Below are positions 15,939 through 25,500 of a DNA stretch of 57,909 nt, piece by piece. The notes under the pieces were generated by a model. That model was not told the origin of the DNA. It did no database searches and saw only the letters and a list, made by a program, of their open reading frames with translations. Position 1 is the stretch's first letter; every line of letters starts with the position of its first letter. The stretch spans positions 1-57,909 of the IMG/VR virus record IMGVR_UViG_3300045988_069295; one strand, written 5' to 3'. The position numbers were made by a program, and so were the translations under genes. This stretch comes from a virus.

Positions 15939-17447
15939 ATGGCTGAGTATCAGATGGTCGTTGGCGGATTTTTGAATAATCCGCTGACCGGACGCAGACC
16001 GATTGAAACGCCGGAGACGGAAATCAATCGGGAGAACGTGCTGAAAGTGGTAATGGGTAAGGCAGAGCCTATTCATCTGCTGAACAAGAATGAGATTCGC
16101 TTTCTGCACAACTACTACTTGGGCAGTCAGCCTGTCCTCCATCGCACGAAAGAATACCACGCTGAAATTACAAACCGCATTGTAGAGAACCACGCCAACG
16201 AGTGCGTGGGCTTCTACACCGGCTACATGAGCGGCACTCCGTGCTCTTATGTGCGGTCTGAAACGGCAACAGGTGACGGTGAGGAAATCGCCCGCCTGTC
16301 CAACGCCTTGCAGTATGAGGGCAAGGATGCGCTTGATCGGCGGCTCTGGCAGTGGATGTTGGAGTGCGGACAGGGATACCGCATTGTTCTTCCTGACAAG
16401 GGGTATGGCGGCAACTACCCGGACGAAACGCCACTGCTGGTGGACGTTCCCGACCCGGACATGACGTATGTGATTTACAACTCCGGTATCGGGCACAAGC
16501 CGATTGCCAACGTGCTGCACATCCCGCGCAATTATCAGAATGACCTGAACGACCTGATTTGCGTGTACACGCCAAACCAGTACTTTGAAATAGACAACGG
16601 CAAGGTCACAAAATCGGAGAATCATTCTCTTGGAATGCTGCCGATGGTCGAATACAAGCTGAACCCGGAGCGGATGGGTCTGTTTGAACCGGCTATTCCT
16701 GTGCTGGATGCCATCAACGACCTTGAAAGCAACCGTCTAGACGGTGTGGCGCAGTTCATCCAGTCCATTATGGTGTTCACCAACTGCCTTGTGGACGAAA
16801 ATGCTCTAAAGCAGGTCAAGGAACTGGGCGCAATGTGCCTGAAATCTACCTCTGGTCTGCCCGCATCTGTTTCGCAGATTGCAAACGAGCTTGACCAGCA
16901 GCAGAGCCAGACATTGCTTGATTCCATGTTGAACGTGTACCGCAGCCTGACTGCCATGCCTAGTGCTACCGGCAGTGAAAACGCAACGTCTGACAACGTG
17001 GGTGCAGTTATCGTTCGCAACGGCTGGAATCACACAGAAGCAAGGGCGCAGCAGTACGAGAATATGTTCAAGTTCTCGGAACGACAAAGCCTGTCTGTGA
17101 TGCTGAAAATCCTGCGCGATGCGGCTGGTTCTAAGCTGATGGCAAGTGACATCAACATCAAACTGCCGCGCCGTCAGTACGACAACCAGCAGAGCAAGGT
17201 TCAGATTTTCGCACAGATGCTTGGCCAGAGCATTGACCCGCAGTTGGCGTTCACTACGCCCGGTCTGTTCCCTGACCCGCAGGCTGCTTACGAAATGAGC
17301 AAGCCCTTCCTGATTGCCGCTGGCAAGCTGGGCGAGAACGGGAAAGCACCGAAGCCGCAGGAGCAACAGCCTGAACAAGTTGTTGATGCCAACAAAACAT
17401 CAGACGGACAGGCTGACAGCACTAATAAAGAAACAGAGGGCGAATAA
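15939..17447 (+). CDS. portal protein (SPP1 gp6-like)
   Basis: About 500-aa ORF between terL and the scaffold/capsid genes; AGGAGG RBS before ATG 15939. Confidence 0.8.
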   Translation: MAEYQMVVGGFLNNPLTGRRPIETPETEINRENVLKVVMGKAEPIHLLNKNEIRFLHNYYLGSQPVLHRTKEYHAEITNRIVENHANECVGFYTGYMSGTPCSYVRSETATGDGEEIARLSNALQYEGKDALDRRLWQWMLECGQGYRIVLPDKGYGGNYPDETPLLVDVPDPDMTYVIYNSGIGHKPIANVLHIPRNYQNDLNDLICVYTPNQYFEIDNGKVTKSENHSLGMLPMVEYKLNPERMGLFEPAIPVLDAINDLESNRLDGVAQFIQSIMVFTNCLVDENALKQVKELGAMCLKSTSGLPASVSQIANELDQQQSQTLLDSMLNVYRSLTAMPSATGSENATSDNVGAVIVRNGWNHTEARAQQYENMFKFSERQSLSVMLKILRDAAGSKLMASDINIKLPRRQYDNQQSKVQIFAQMLGQSIDPQLAFTTPGLFPDPQAAYEMSKPFLIAAGKLGENGKAPKPQEQQPEQVVDANKTSDGQADSTNKETEGE

Positions 17448-17539
17448 CCCTTTGCATATTCCGGCAGGGAAGCCGGGATACAAATTTCGCAGCGTTGCAG
17501 GGAAGCAACGGTAAAAAAACGCAGGAGGAAATTAACGAT

Positions 17540-18121
17540 ATGAAACTCAATGTGTTGCTTGGTGATGCTTACAAAGAAGGCATGACCGCCGATGAAATCA
17601 TTTCTGCGCTGGAAAAGGTTGCAGACCCTAACGCAGAGGTCGAGAAGCTGCGCAACGCCGTGACGAAAGCCAACGGTGAAGCAGCCGAGTACAAGAAGCA
17701 GCTCAAGGCAAAGCGCACCGATGACGAGAACGCCGCACAGGAACAGGCTGATAAGCTGGCAGAAATGCAGAAGCAGATTGAAGCCCTGACTGCCGACAAA
17801 GAGAACCTCGTCAAGGAAAAGACCCTTGCATCTTACCGTGAGAAGTTCGTTGCACAGGGTTATGACGCTGAATTGGCTGGCAAGGCTGCATCTGCACTGG
17901 CTGACGGTGACATGGACAAGGTGTTTAAGTTCCAGTCGGAGTTCATGACCGCCCACGACACCGCATACAAGGCTTCTCTGCTGAAGGATATGCCCACACC
18001 TCCGGGCGCGGATGGCAATGGCGGCTCTGACAGTGAGGGCGTGGCGTTTGCTAAGAGCCTTGCACAGCAGAACGCAAACACTTCTAAGGCGTCGAGTGAC
18101 GCAATGAGTGCTTTCCATTAA
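17540..18121 (+). CDS. scaffolding protein
   Basis: Ala/Glu/Lys-rich coiled-coil protein immediately upstream of the decoration and capsid genes. Confidence 0.65.
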   Translation: MKLNVLLGDAYKEGMTADEIISALEKVADPNAEVEKLRNAVTKANGEAAEYKKQLKAKRTDDENAAQEQADKLAEMQKQIEALTADKENLVKEKTLASYREKFVAQGYDAELAGKAASALADGDMDKVFKFQSEFMTAHDTAYKASLLKDMPTPPGADGNGGSDSEGVAFAKSLAQQNANTSKASSDAMSAFH

Positions 18122-18134
18122 CAAGGAGGAAAAC

Positions 18135-18503
18135 ATGAAGTTTACCCGAAACACAGTCAACGGAATTAACGATACCATCCTTGCTTCCAATGACTACACC
18201 GCCATCCCCTTTACCGTGACCGAAACTGTTGCGGTTAAGGCTGGCTATCCCATGACGCTGGCTGGCAAGAAAGCTGTTGCTGCTGGCGAGACTGGTTCTA
18301 AGACCATCAACGCTGACGGCATCCTGCTGTATGACGTTGACCCGGCAGAGAACCCCAACGCTTCTCTTCTGATTCGTGGCGTTATCGACACCAAGAAGGC
18401 AGCGGCAAGTTCCAGCTTCACTTTTGACACTGACGCGATCAAGGCGCTTAAGACTGCCGTTCCCGGCATCTTCTGCCGCGACAACATCAGCGTGAACGCT
18501 TGA
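18135..18503 (+). CDS. head decoration-like protein
   Basis: About 120-aa beta-rich protein directly preceding the E-type capsid gene, as in lambda D-E; AGGAGG RBS. Confidence 0.5.
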   Translation: MKFTRNTVNGINDTILASNDYTAIPFTVTETVAVKAGYPMTLAGKKAVAAGETGSKTINADGILLYDVDPAENPNASLLIRGVIDTKKAAASSSFTFDTDAIKALKTAVPGIFCRDNISVNA

Positions 18504-18519
18504 TAGGAGGTAAAACAAC

Positions 18520-19599
18520 ATGGCACTGAATCTTAAGGAAGTCTTTGCCCCGGCTGCGATTGCCGCCTATTGGACGAATGACCCCACCAATGCGATGCCT
18601 TTCGCATCTGACGCACTGTTCCCTGCAAAGAAGAAGGCTGGGCTTGACCTGAAGTGGCTGCGTGGTCACAAGGGCGTTGGCGTTTCCCTGATGCCCAGCG
18701 CATTTGACGCAAAGGCTACGTTCCGCACCCGTGAGGGCTTCAAGTTTGATGAAACCGAAATGCCGTTCTTCCGCGAGGGCTACCATCTGGGCGAGAAAGA
18801 CCGTCAGGAAATCCTTCGTGTTCTGGACAGCAACGACCCTTATGCTCGTGACGTAATGAACCGTCTGTACGATGACACCGCGCAGCTTATAACTGGCGCA
18901 CGTATCGTTCCTGAGCGCATGATTTGGCAGCTTCTGGCTCCTACCAGCGGCGTTCCCGGCATCGCCATCAAGGCAAACGGTGTGAACTACACCTACAACT
19001 ACGACCCGGACGGCGGCTGGAAATCCACCAACTTTAAGGATATCAGTGGTGTCGCCAAGTCTAAGTGGTCTGCGTCCACCGCCACCCCTATTGCAGACCT
19101 GAACGCTGCAAAGGATGCTGTTCTGGCAAGCGTTGGCGAGGTCGTGACTGAGGTGTACATGAACACCGCTACTTTCCGCAACATGATTGCTGCGGACGAG
19201 GTGAAGAATCGGTTCATGACCGTCACCGCAAAGGCAAACGCCGTTCTGCTGGACGCTGAAGCACGGCAGATTGTCGAATCTGCGACCGGTCTGACCATCC
19301 ATCTGTATGACAAGATGTTCAAGGCAGACCAGTACAGCGCAAGCGAGAAGTATCTGCCCGATGGCATGGTGGTGGTTGCTCCTTCCGGCGCTCTGGGCAG
19401 CACTTGGTACGGCACTACTCCTGAGGAAGCCGATCTTCTGTCTGGTCAGTCCGGCGCATCCGTGTCCATCGTGAACACCGGTGTTGCCATCACCACCGAG
19501 CTGACCGTTCATCCGGTCAATGCCAATGTCTACGCTTCCGAAATCGTCCTGCCGTCCTTTGAGCGCATGGACGCTGTGTACTGCATCAAGGCTTACTAA
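18520..19599 (+). CDS. major capsid protein (E-like family)
   Basis: 359 aa; N-terminus MALNLKEVFAP...LFPAKKK..LDLKWL is typical of capsid protein E-type; position in the module fits. Confidence 0.85.
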   Translation: MALNLKEVFAPAAIAAYWTNDPTNAMPFASDALFPAKKKAGLDLKWLRGHKGVGVSLMPSAFDAKATFRTREGFKFDETEMPFFREGYHLGEKDRQEILRVLDSNDPYARDVMNRLYDDTAQLITGARIVPERMIWQLLAPTSGVPGIAIKANGVNYTYNYDPDGGWKSTNFKDISGVAKSKWSASTATPIADLNAAKDAVLASVGEVVTEVYMNTATFRNMIAADEVKNRFMTVTAKANAVLLDAEARQIVESATGLTIHLYDKMFKADQYSASEKYLPDGMVVVAPSGALGSTWYGTTPEEADLLSGQSGASVSIVNTGVAITTELTVHPVNANVYASEIVLPSFERMDAVYCIKAY

Positions 19600-19619
19600 G
19601 GCGAAAGGAGGAAAGCAGC

Positions 19620-19964
19620 ATGGGAGACCAGTATTCCGAAGCGGCAGTCAAGCTGGGGCAGTATATTGCTCCTGCACTTGACCGTGAAATCACGGACGAG
19701 GACTACCCACTCTTCGACCTGCTGCTTGACTTTGCCAAAGACAAGATATTTGCACAGGGCTATCCCTTCGGCAACAGACCGGACGAGTTGCCCTTGCAGT
19801 ATCAGTCGTTGCAGATACGCATTGCAGCGGAACTGTACAACCACATCGGCGCAAACGGACAGACGAGCTATACCAATAATGGCATTACTCGTGTGTGGGA
19901 AAGCTCTGATGTAGCGCAGTCCCTGCTGAACGAAGTGGTTCCGAGAGTAGGTGTTATCGGCTAA
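19620..19964 (+). CDS. head-tail connector (gp6-like)
   Basis: Size and position after the capsid gene; AGGAGG RBS. Confidence 0.55.
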   Translation: MGDQYSEAAVKLGQYIAPALDREITDEDYPLFDLLLDFAKDKIFAQGYPFGNRPDELPLQYQSLQIRIAAELYNHIGANGQTSYTNNGITRVWESSDVAQSLLNEVVPRVGVIG

Positions 19965-20341
19965 TGTTCAATGGAAGCCCGCTGGATAAACGCCCACTGT
20001 GGTATTCAAACCCGGTTGGCAAAAAAACGCCTGTTGTGGACGAGTGGGGTAACGAGACTGGCGAATCCACATACGAATCGTGGAGCGACCCCGCAAAACT
20101 GATGCTGAACGTCAGTCCCCCTACTGGTTCTGCGGAAGCAAACCCTTTTGGAGCGTTCACGGATTACAGCTACGTTGTCAGTTTGTCCAGCAAAAAGCGC
20201 AACACACCGCTTTACGAAGGTACACACGTCTGGTTTCAGACGGATGTTTCAAAGCCTTTCAATTACACCGTGGTCAAGGTCGCAGAGCATATTACAGATA
20301 CGCTGTATGCGCTGAAAGAGGTGGCTGCAAGTGAAAATTAA
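19964..20341 (+). CDS. head-tail adaptor / head closure protein
   Basis: Position only; TAATG overlap with the upstream gene. Confidence 0.4.
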   Translation: MFNGSPLDKRPLWYSNPVGKKTPVVDEWGNETGESTYESWSDPAKLMLNVSPPTGSAEANPFGAFTDYSYVVSLSSKKRNTPLYEGTHVWFQTDVSKPFNYTVVKVAEHITDTLYALKEVAASEN

Positions 20342-20873
20342 AGTGAGGTTGAGCGATGCCGGACTTCGTGATGCGGAACGTCAGATACAGGAGTACAAGA
20401 CCACCCTGAACAAGAAAGCTAGAGCGCTTGCTTTTCGTCTTTCTTGGCTTGGGCTTGAAGTCGCAAAGATACGCTTCGAGAACGCCGAATACGCTGGCTC
20501 GAACGATGTGAAGTGCCATATCAACCAGAAAGACAAGACCTGTACCATCGTTGCAGAGGGCAAGGCGGTTGCTCACATCGAATTTGGCACCGGCGTTACG
20601 CATCAGGGATGGGGCGCTGCCGGAACGGTCGGCCCGCTCCCTTTGCCTGACAACATTGGTGAGCATGGAACATACGGTAAGGAAAACGGCAAGCATAAGC
20701 GCTGGTACTACTACGGCGACCCCGGCAATGCCGGAACCTATGTGGATACCGTTCCAGGCAAGGGGCAGTTGAATTACACCAGCGGTAACGATGCAGCTAT
20801 GGCTATGTGGGGAGCTGTTGAGGAAATGGCTTCTCAAGTCGAAGCAACGTGGAGGGAGGTTTGGAATAGTTGA
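20331..20873 (+). CDS. HK97 gp10-like neck protein
   Basis: Position and the N-terminal pattern MKIKV.LSDAGL... Confidence 0.4.
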   Translation: MKIKVRLSDAGLRDAERQIQEYKTTLNKKARALAFRLSWLGLEVAKIRFENAEYAGSNDVKCHINQKDKTCTIVAEGKAVAHIEFGTGVTHQGWGAAGTVGPLPLPDNIGEHGTYGKENGKHKRWYYYGDPGNAGTYVDTVPGKGQLNYTSGNDAAMAMWGAVEEMASQVEATWREVWNS

Positions 20874-21271
20874 TTGATTATTTCAATTCTATCTTCACGG
20901 TTGTTGCTAAGGAACTGCGAAAGCAAGTACCCGGCATCTTCGTCACTGGTGAAATCAACGACAGCAATGTCAAGAAGTTTCCGTGTGTGCAGATAGAGGA
21001 AAACAGCAACCTCCCGGTTCATCGGGATTCTGCCAGCCGAAGCAAGTACGCTGCCGTTTCTCTGCGTGTGCGGGTCTATTCCAACAAAACCAGCGGACGC
21101 ATTGCAGAAGCCCGCTCTATTGTGAGCATCGTGGATTCTGTGTTGGAACCGCTCAATTTCTATCGAAAATCGTTTGCCCCGTTGAATGGGCTGTACAACA
21201 ATTCCGTCTATCGGATTGATTGCAGCTATGGGGCAACAATCGGAGAGGACGGAATGATTTACCGAAACTAA
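20870..21271 (+). CDS. tail terminator / tail completion protein
   Basis: Position immediately upstream of the major tail gene. Confidence 0.4.
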   Translation: MIDYFNSIFTVVAKELRKQVPGIFVTGEINDSNVKKFPCVQIEENSNLPVHRDSASRSKYAAVSLRVRVYSNKTSGRIAEARSIVSIVDSVLEPLNFYRKSFAPLNGLYNNSVYRIDCSYGATIGEDGMIYRN

Positions 21272-21286
21272 GGAGGTAAACATTCT

Positions 21287-21724
21287 ATGAGTACTGCTAT
21301 CTCCGGTCTGAACACTACCCTTTACTGTGGCGAAAGCGCAACCACTCTGACGAAGCTGTGCGACATCAAGGATGTGCCTGACCTGATCTCCGACCCGAAT
21401 CTTCTGGATGCAACCACCCTGTCTGATGGCATGCAGAAACAGATTTTTGGCATTGTTCAGGCTGACACCAAAGCCTTTACCGCCAACTACAACAAGACCG
21501 ATTACGCCGCCGTCAAGGCTGCTGGTTATGACGATACCTCTGAGAGCAACGTGGACAAGTACTACGCCCTGAAAATGCAGGACGGTTCCGGCTTCACTTG
21601 GCAGGGTATGCATCAGGTCGGTCTGTCCGGCTTTGGCGTAGACGAGGTCGTGGAAATGACCATCAATTGCATCTTCCACTCTACCCCGAAGTTCAGCGAG
21701 AGCCTGACCATTAATGGCGGCTAA
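21287..21724 (+). CDS. major tail protein
   Basis: 145 aa; strong AAGGAGG RBS; precedes the chaperone pair and the tape measure. Confidence 0.6.
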   Translation: MSTAISGLNTTLYCGESATTLTKLCDIKDVPDLISDPNLLDATTLSDGMQKQIFGIVQADTKAFTANYNKTDYAAVKAAGYDDTSESNVDKYYALKMQDGSGFTWQGMHQVGLSGFGVDEVVEMTINCIFHSTPKFSESLTINGG

Positions 21725-21808
21725 TCCGTACAAATCGAATCAATCAAAACGAGCAGAACTGAACAACGGATTTGGTTCTGCTCCTATTTATAAAGGAGAG
21801 CATTTATT

Positions 21809-22156
21809 ATGGCTGCAAAGGTTATCAATTTTCATTCCCCCGATGGCAAAAACACTTATGAGCTGACTTTCACCCGCGAGAGCGCCGAAGCCACTGAGCG
21901 CAACGGCTTCCAGATTTACGAGTTCTCCAACGGCATCAACCCCATCAAGAACACCTCCGCTCTGTTCTATGGTGCGTTCATCGCACGCAACAAGGGCATC
22001 AACCGAAAGACGGTCGATGATATGCTTGTGCATACCGAAAACAAGGAAGGTCTGATAGCTGCCCTGATGGAGATGTACGCGAATTCTATCAAGGCGCTGA
22101 TTGCCACCGATGAAGAGGACAAAACCGCAAAAAACGCAACGTGGGAGATTGTGTAA
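21809..22156 (+). CDS. tail assembly chaperone (G-like)
   Basis: Position, plus a slippery site near its 3' end. Confidence 0.7.
   Translation: MAAKVINFHSPDGKNTYELTFTRESAEATERNGFQIYEFSNGINPIKNTSALFYGAFIARNKGINRKTVDDMLVHTENKEGLIAALMEMYANSIKALIATDEEDKTAKNATWEIV
22129..22135 (+). promoter_or_regulatory. -1 programmed frameshift heptamer A_AAA_AAC (G/GT-type)
   Basis: The zero frame reads gcA AAA AAC. A -1 slip enters the frame of ORF 22141..22566. Confidence 0.7.
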
Positions 22157-22566
22157 CTTCACAGTCTCAAGAACCGGACAGTCGCACAGAGCCATTCTCT
22201 GTGTCTAAGCTGTTCCACGATGTAGAAGCCTATTACATTTCCATTGGCATGACCTATGACCAGTTCTGGCGTGATGATGTTTGGCTTGCAAAAGTCTACC
22301 GTGACGCGGAAGAACTACGCGCTCGCAGAGCCAATGTTGAAGCATGGAGAAACGGCTTTTACACAGCATCTGCACTTTCCTCTACGGTTGGCAATATTTT
22401 CCGCAAGAAAGAGTCTAGCCCAATCAAATACATGGACAGACCGATTCCGCTCACGCAGAAAGAGCAGGACGAGTACGAATACCAACGCGCAATGGAAGCG
22501 CAAGAACGCATCAAGAGGGCAATGTTCTCTATGATGAATCATAAGGACGGTGGTAGCAATGGCTGA
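22141..22566 (+). CDS. frameshift extension of the tail chaperone (GT-like C-terminal part)
   Basis: Open -1 frame overlapping the end of 21809..22156, with no RBS of its own. Confidence 0.6.
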   Translation: MGDCVTSQSQEPDSRTEPFSVSKLFHDVEAYYISIGMTYDQFWRDDVWLAKVYRDAEELRARRANVEAWRNGFYTASALSSTVGNIFRKKESSPIKYMDRPIPLTQKEQDEYEYQRAMEAQERIKRAMFSMMNHKDGGSNG

Positions 22567-25500
22567 TGTTGATATTACAAGCTTGTCCGTAGAAATCTCT
22601 GCGGAATCGCAGGGCGCAGAGCTTAATATTGACAAGCTCACTACCGCCATTTCTAATTTGCGGACGAAGGGTAACGTGTCGAAGGTAATTGATGGGTTGG
22701 ATAAGCTCACCAATTCCCTCACTGCGTTAAAGTCCGCGCAGGGAGATTTTAACGGTCTGGAAAAAGTCACCAGCTTTATCGAGGGCATTACGAAAGTTAA
22801 CGCCAGCGATAGCGCAAAGAGCATCAACATTCTTTCAAGGAGCATCCAAAAGATTCCAGATGCTTTGTCTGGAATTGGTGATTATTCTGATGCTCTGGAC
22901 TCTCTGCGTGATGTAACGGATTCTTTCAATTCGTTGTCTACTATTCAAGCGCCAAAAGGCTTGAGTAGCACCATTAACGCATTGAAGAAAATTCCGGACA
23001 CTATGAGCGGTATGGATTCCGTCAATTCGGACTTGACACAGACGAAAGCAGTGTTGGCATCGTTTAACACGTTACCTACCGTCACCGTCCCGGACGGTCT
23101 GACAAAGATGGTAAACACGCTTCGGCGCATTCCAACCGTCATTGCGGAGACAAACAAGGCTGACTACAAGGGTTTGGGCGACAATATTCGAGAGATTATG
23201 AACGCCCTTACTCCCCTTGCATCTCAGCTTGACAAGGTGGGTAATGCCTTTGCAAAGCTGCCCCCACAGTTAAGCAAGGTCGTGACGCAGGCTAACCGTG
23301 TGACTGCTGCCAACGAACGGCAGAAAAAAAGCTACATGAGCCTTTCCAGCCAGCTAAACGGTTTCATGCGTTCTGCCGCAAAGCTGGTCTCGCTGAAAGC
23401 CATTGCAACCTATCTTGGCAACGCAGCGGAGAAGTTCAACAGCTACTATGAAGCCGCAAACCTGTTTGGCGTGTCCATGAAAGGACTGACAGGCGAAGCA
23501 AGCACGTTCATCAACAAGATGGAGACCCTGCTTGGCATTGACCCCACCGAAGCCATGAACAACATGGCAACGATTCAGGGTCTGACTACCTCGTTTGGTA
23601 TGGCAAGCGACAAGGCGTATGTGCTGTCGAAAAACCTGACGCAGCTTGGCTATGACCTCGCTTCTTTGAAGAATATCCCTGTTGCGGAATCCTTTACGAA
23701 GATTCAGGCAGCTATCTCTGGTGAGCTGGAACCTATTCGCCGTCTGGGCGTTGATATTTCTAACGCACGGTTGCAGCAGGAACTGCTCAATCTTGGCTAT
23801 TCTCAGAGCGTTTCTACCCTCTCTCAGGCTGATAAGGCTGTTCTGCGGTACATTGCCATTATGAAGCAGACAACCGATGCACAGGGAGACTTTGCCCGAA
23901 CTTTGTCCAGCCCTGCCAATATGATTCGTATCTTGCAGGCACAGCTGAACAGTCTGGCTCGCGCCGTTGGTTCTTTGCTCTACCCCGCCCTGAAATCCAT
24001 CCTCCCGCCGCTGATCGCAGCCGTTGAACTGGTCAAAGAGCTTGTGACCGGCATCGCATCGTTAATGGGCGTTAAGGTGGAGTTCCCCGATTTTAGCAGC
24101 GCAAGCGATGCTGTTGGCGGCGTCACGGATGCGATGGACAATACCACCAAAGCGACCGGCAAAGCTGCAAAAGCGTTCAAGAACTACATCATGGGCTTTG
24201 ACGAGCTGAACGTTATCCAGAAGGACAATGGTTCTTCCGGTGGCTCTGGTTCTGGTGCTGGCGTTGCTGGCAACATCTTAGGCGATGTAGACCTGTCCGG
24301 CTACGATATGTTCAAGAACTATGTTAGTTCTTCCGTTGATGAAATCAAAGAGAAGATTAAAGGCTTACTTCCCATAATTGAAGCCGTTGCCGGTGCATTT
24401 GCCGTTTGGCAGCTTGGAAACTTTATCAAGCAAATTAGACAAGTTATTGATGGCATGAATAGCATTCAAAAAGCAGCAGCTATGGTTGCCGTTCTTGTTG
24501 TGGAGTGGGCCATTACACAAAAGCTTTCCGATAGCTTCCTAAAAACCGGCGACACAACAAAATTGTTTGGCGAATGGCTCACCGCCGCAGCCGCGGCGAT
24601 TGGCGGCTATGCTTTGTTGGGGCCGGAAGGCGCTTCTCTTGCGCTTGTTGTAAACGCAGTCGCACAGCTTGAGTCCATCAAGACAAACTTGTCCGAAGGT
24701 GTTGTAAAAGCAACCGACGCATCTGTTTGGCTTCAAGGAATCAGTGCCGCTGTGACGGCTGGAATTGCAGGTGCAGTGTTTACTAAAACCGCTGCTGGTT
24801 TTTCTCTTGGCATTTCCGTTGGTGCTGTTCTCGCTTTGTCGGCTATTACATACGGCGGAACGAAAGGCGGTTCCATAAATCCGGGTGATTCCGTAGACGC
24901 TCTGCTTACTGCACTGACTGCTGCGGCCGGTGGATTTACTGGTGTAACGTTAGCTCTGGCTGCTGGTGCTTCTGTTCCTGTTGCTGGCGCAGCTCTCGTT
25001 TTGGGTGTGGGCGTCGGCGTTGTCTTGGAACAATTGGGCGTTACATTCGGAAAGAAAGACCGCATTAAAGAAATCGAAGATTACATCAAAAGATACGAAG
25101 ATGCTGGTTACACCACCCTTGCTATTCATTATCGGTTAAAAAATCTTGGATTTTCCGATAATGAAGTCAAAATGGCTGAGCAAGGCATAGATTCTACTTT
25201 TGAAATTTTTAATTACACTTTTAATGAAAAACTGGAAGCACTCAATTCGTGGTGGAGCAAAAAGTGGGATGGATTCAAAGAAAATGTCGGAAAATCTTGG
25301 AACAGTCTTACGACGTTTGCTTCGGATTATTGGCAAAACAATTCTTTGATTCACGGATTGATTGACCAAACGAATCAAAACGTTTCCGATCTGAAAAAAT
25401 CCCTTGGCAAAGTGGGAGAAGCATTTAACCAAAGAGTCAAAGACATCGAAGAGAGTGCAGCTAAAGCCGGAAAAGCTGCCGCAGAGTGGGTGAATGGCGT

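Noticed and set aside
15888-16625. Long antisense ORFs inside structural or other genes (for example 15888..16625, 17288..18190, 18487..19512, 20834..21733, 32864..33940, 34215..35357, 36938..38245, 49277..50167, 54409..55122)
   Set aside because: They are shadow frames opposite convincing genes. Their composition is skewed and they have no RBS.
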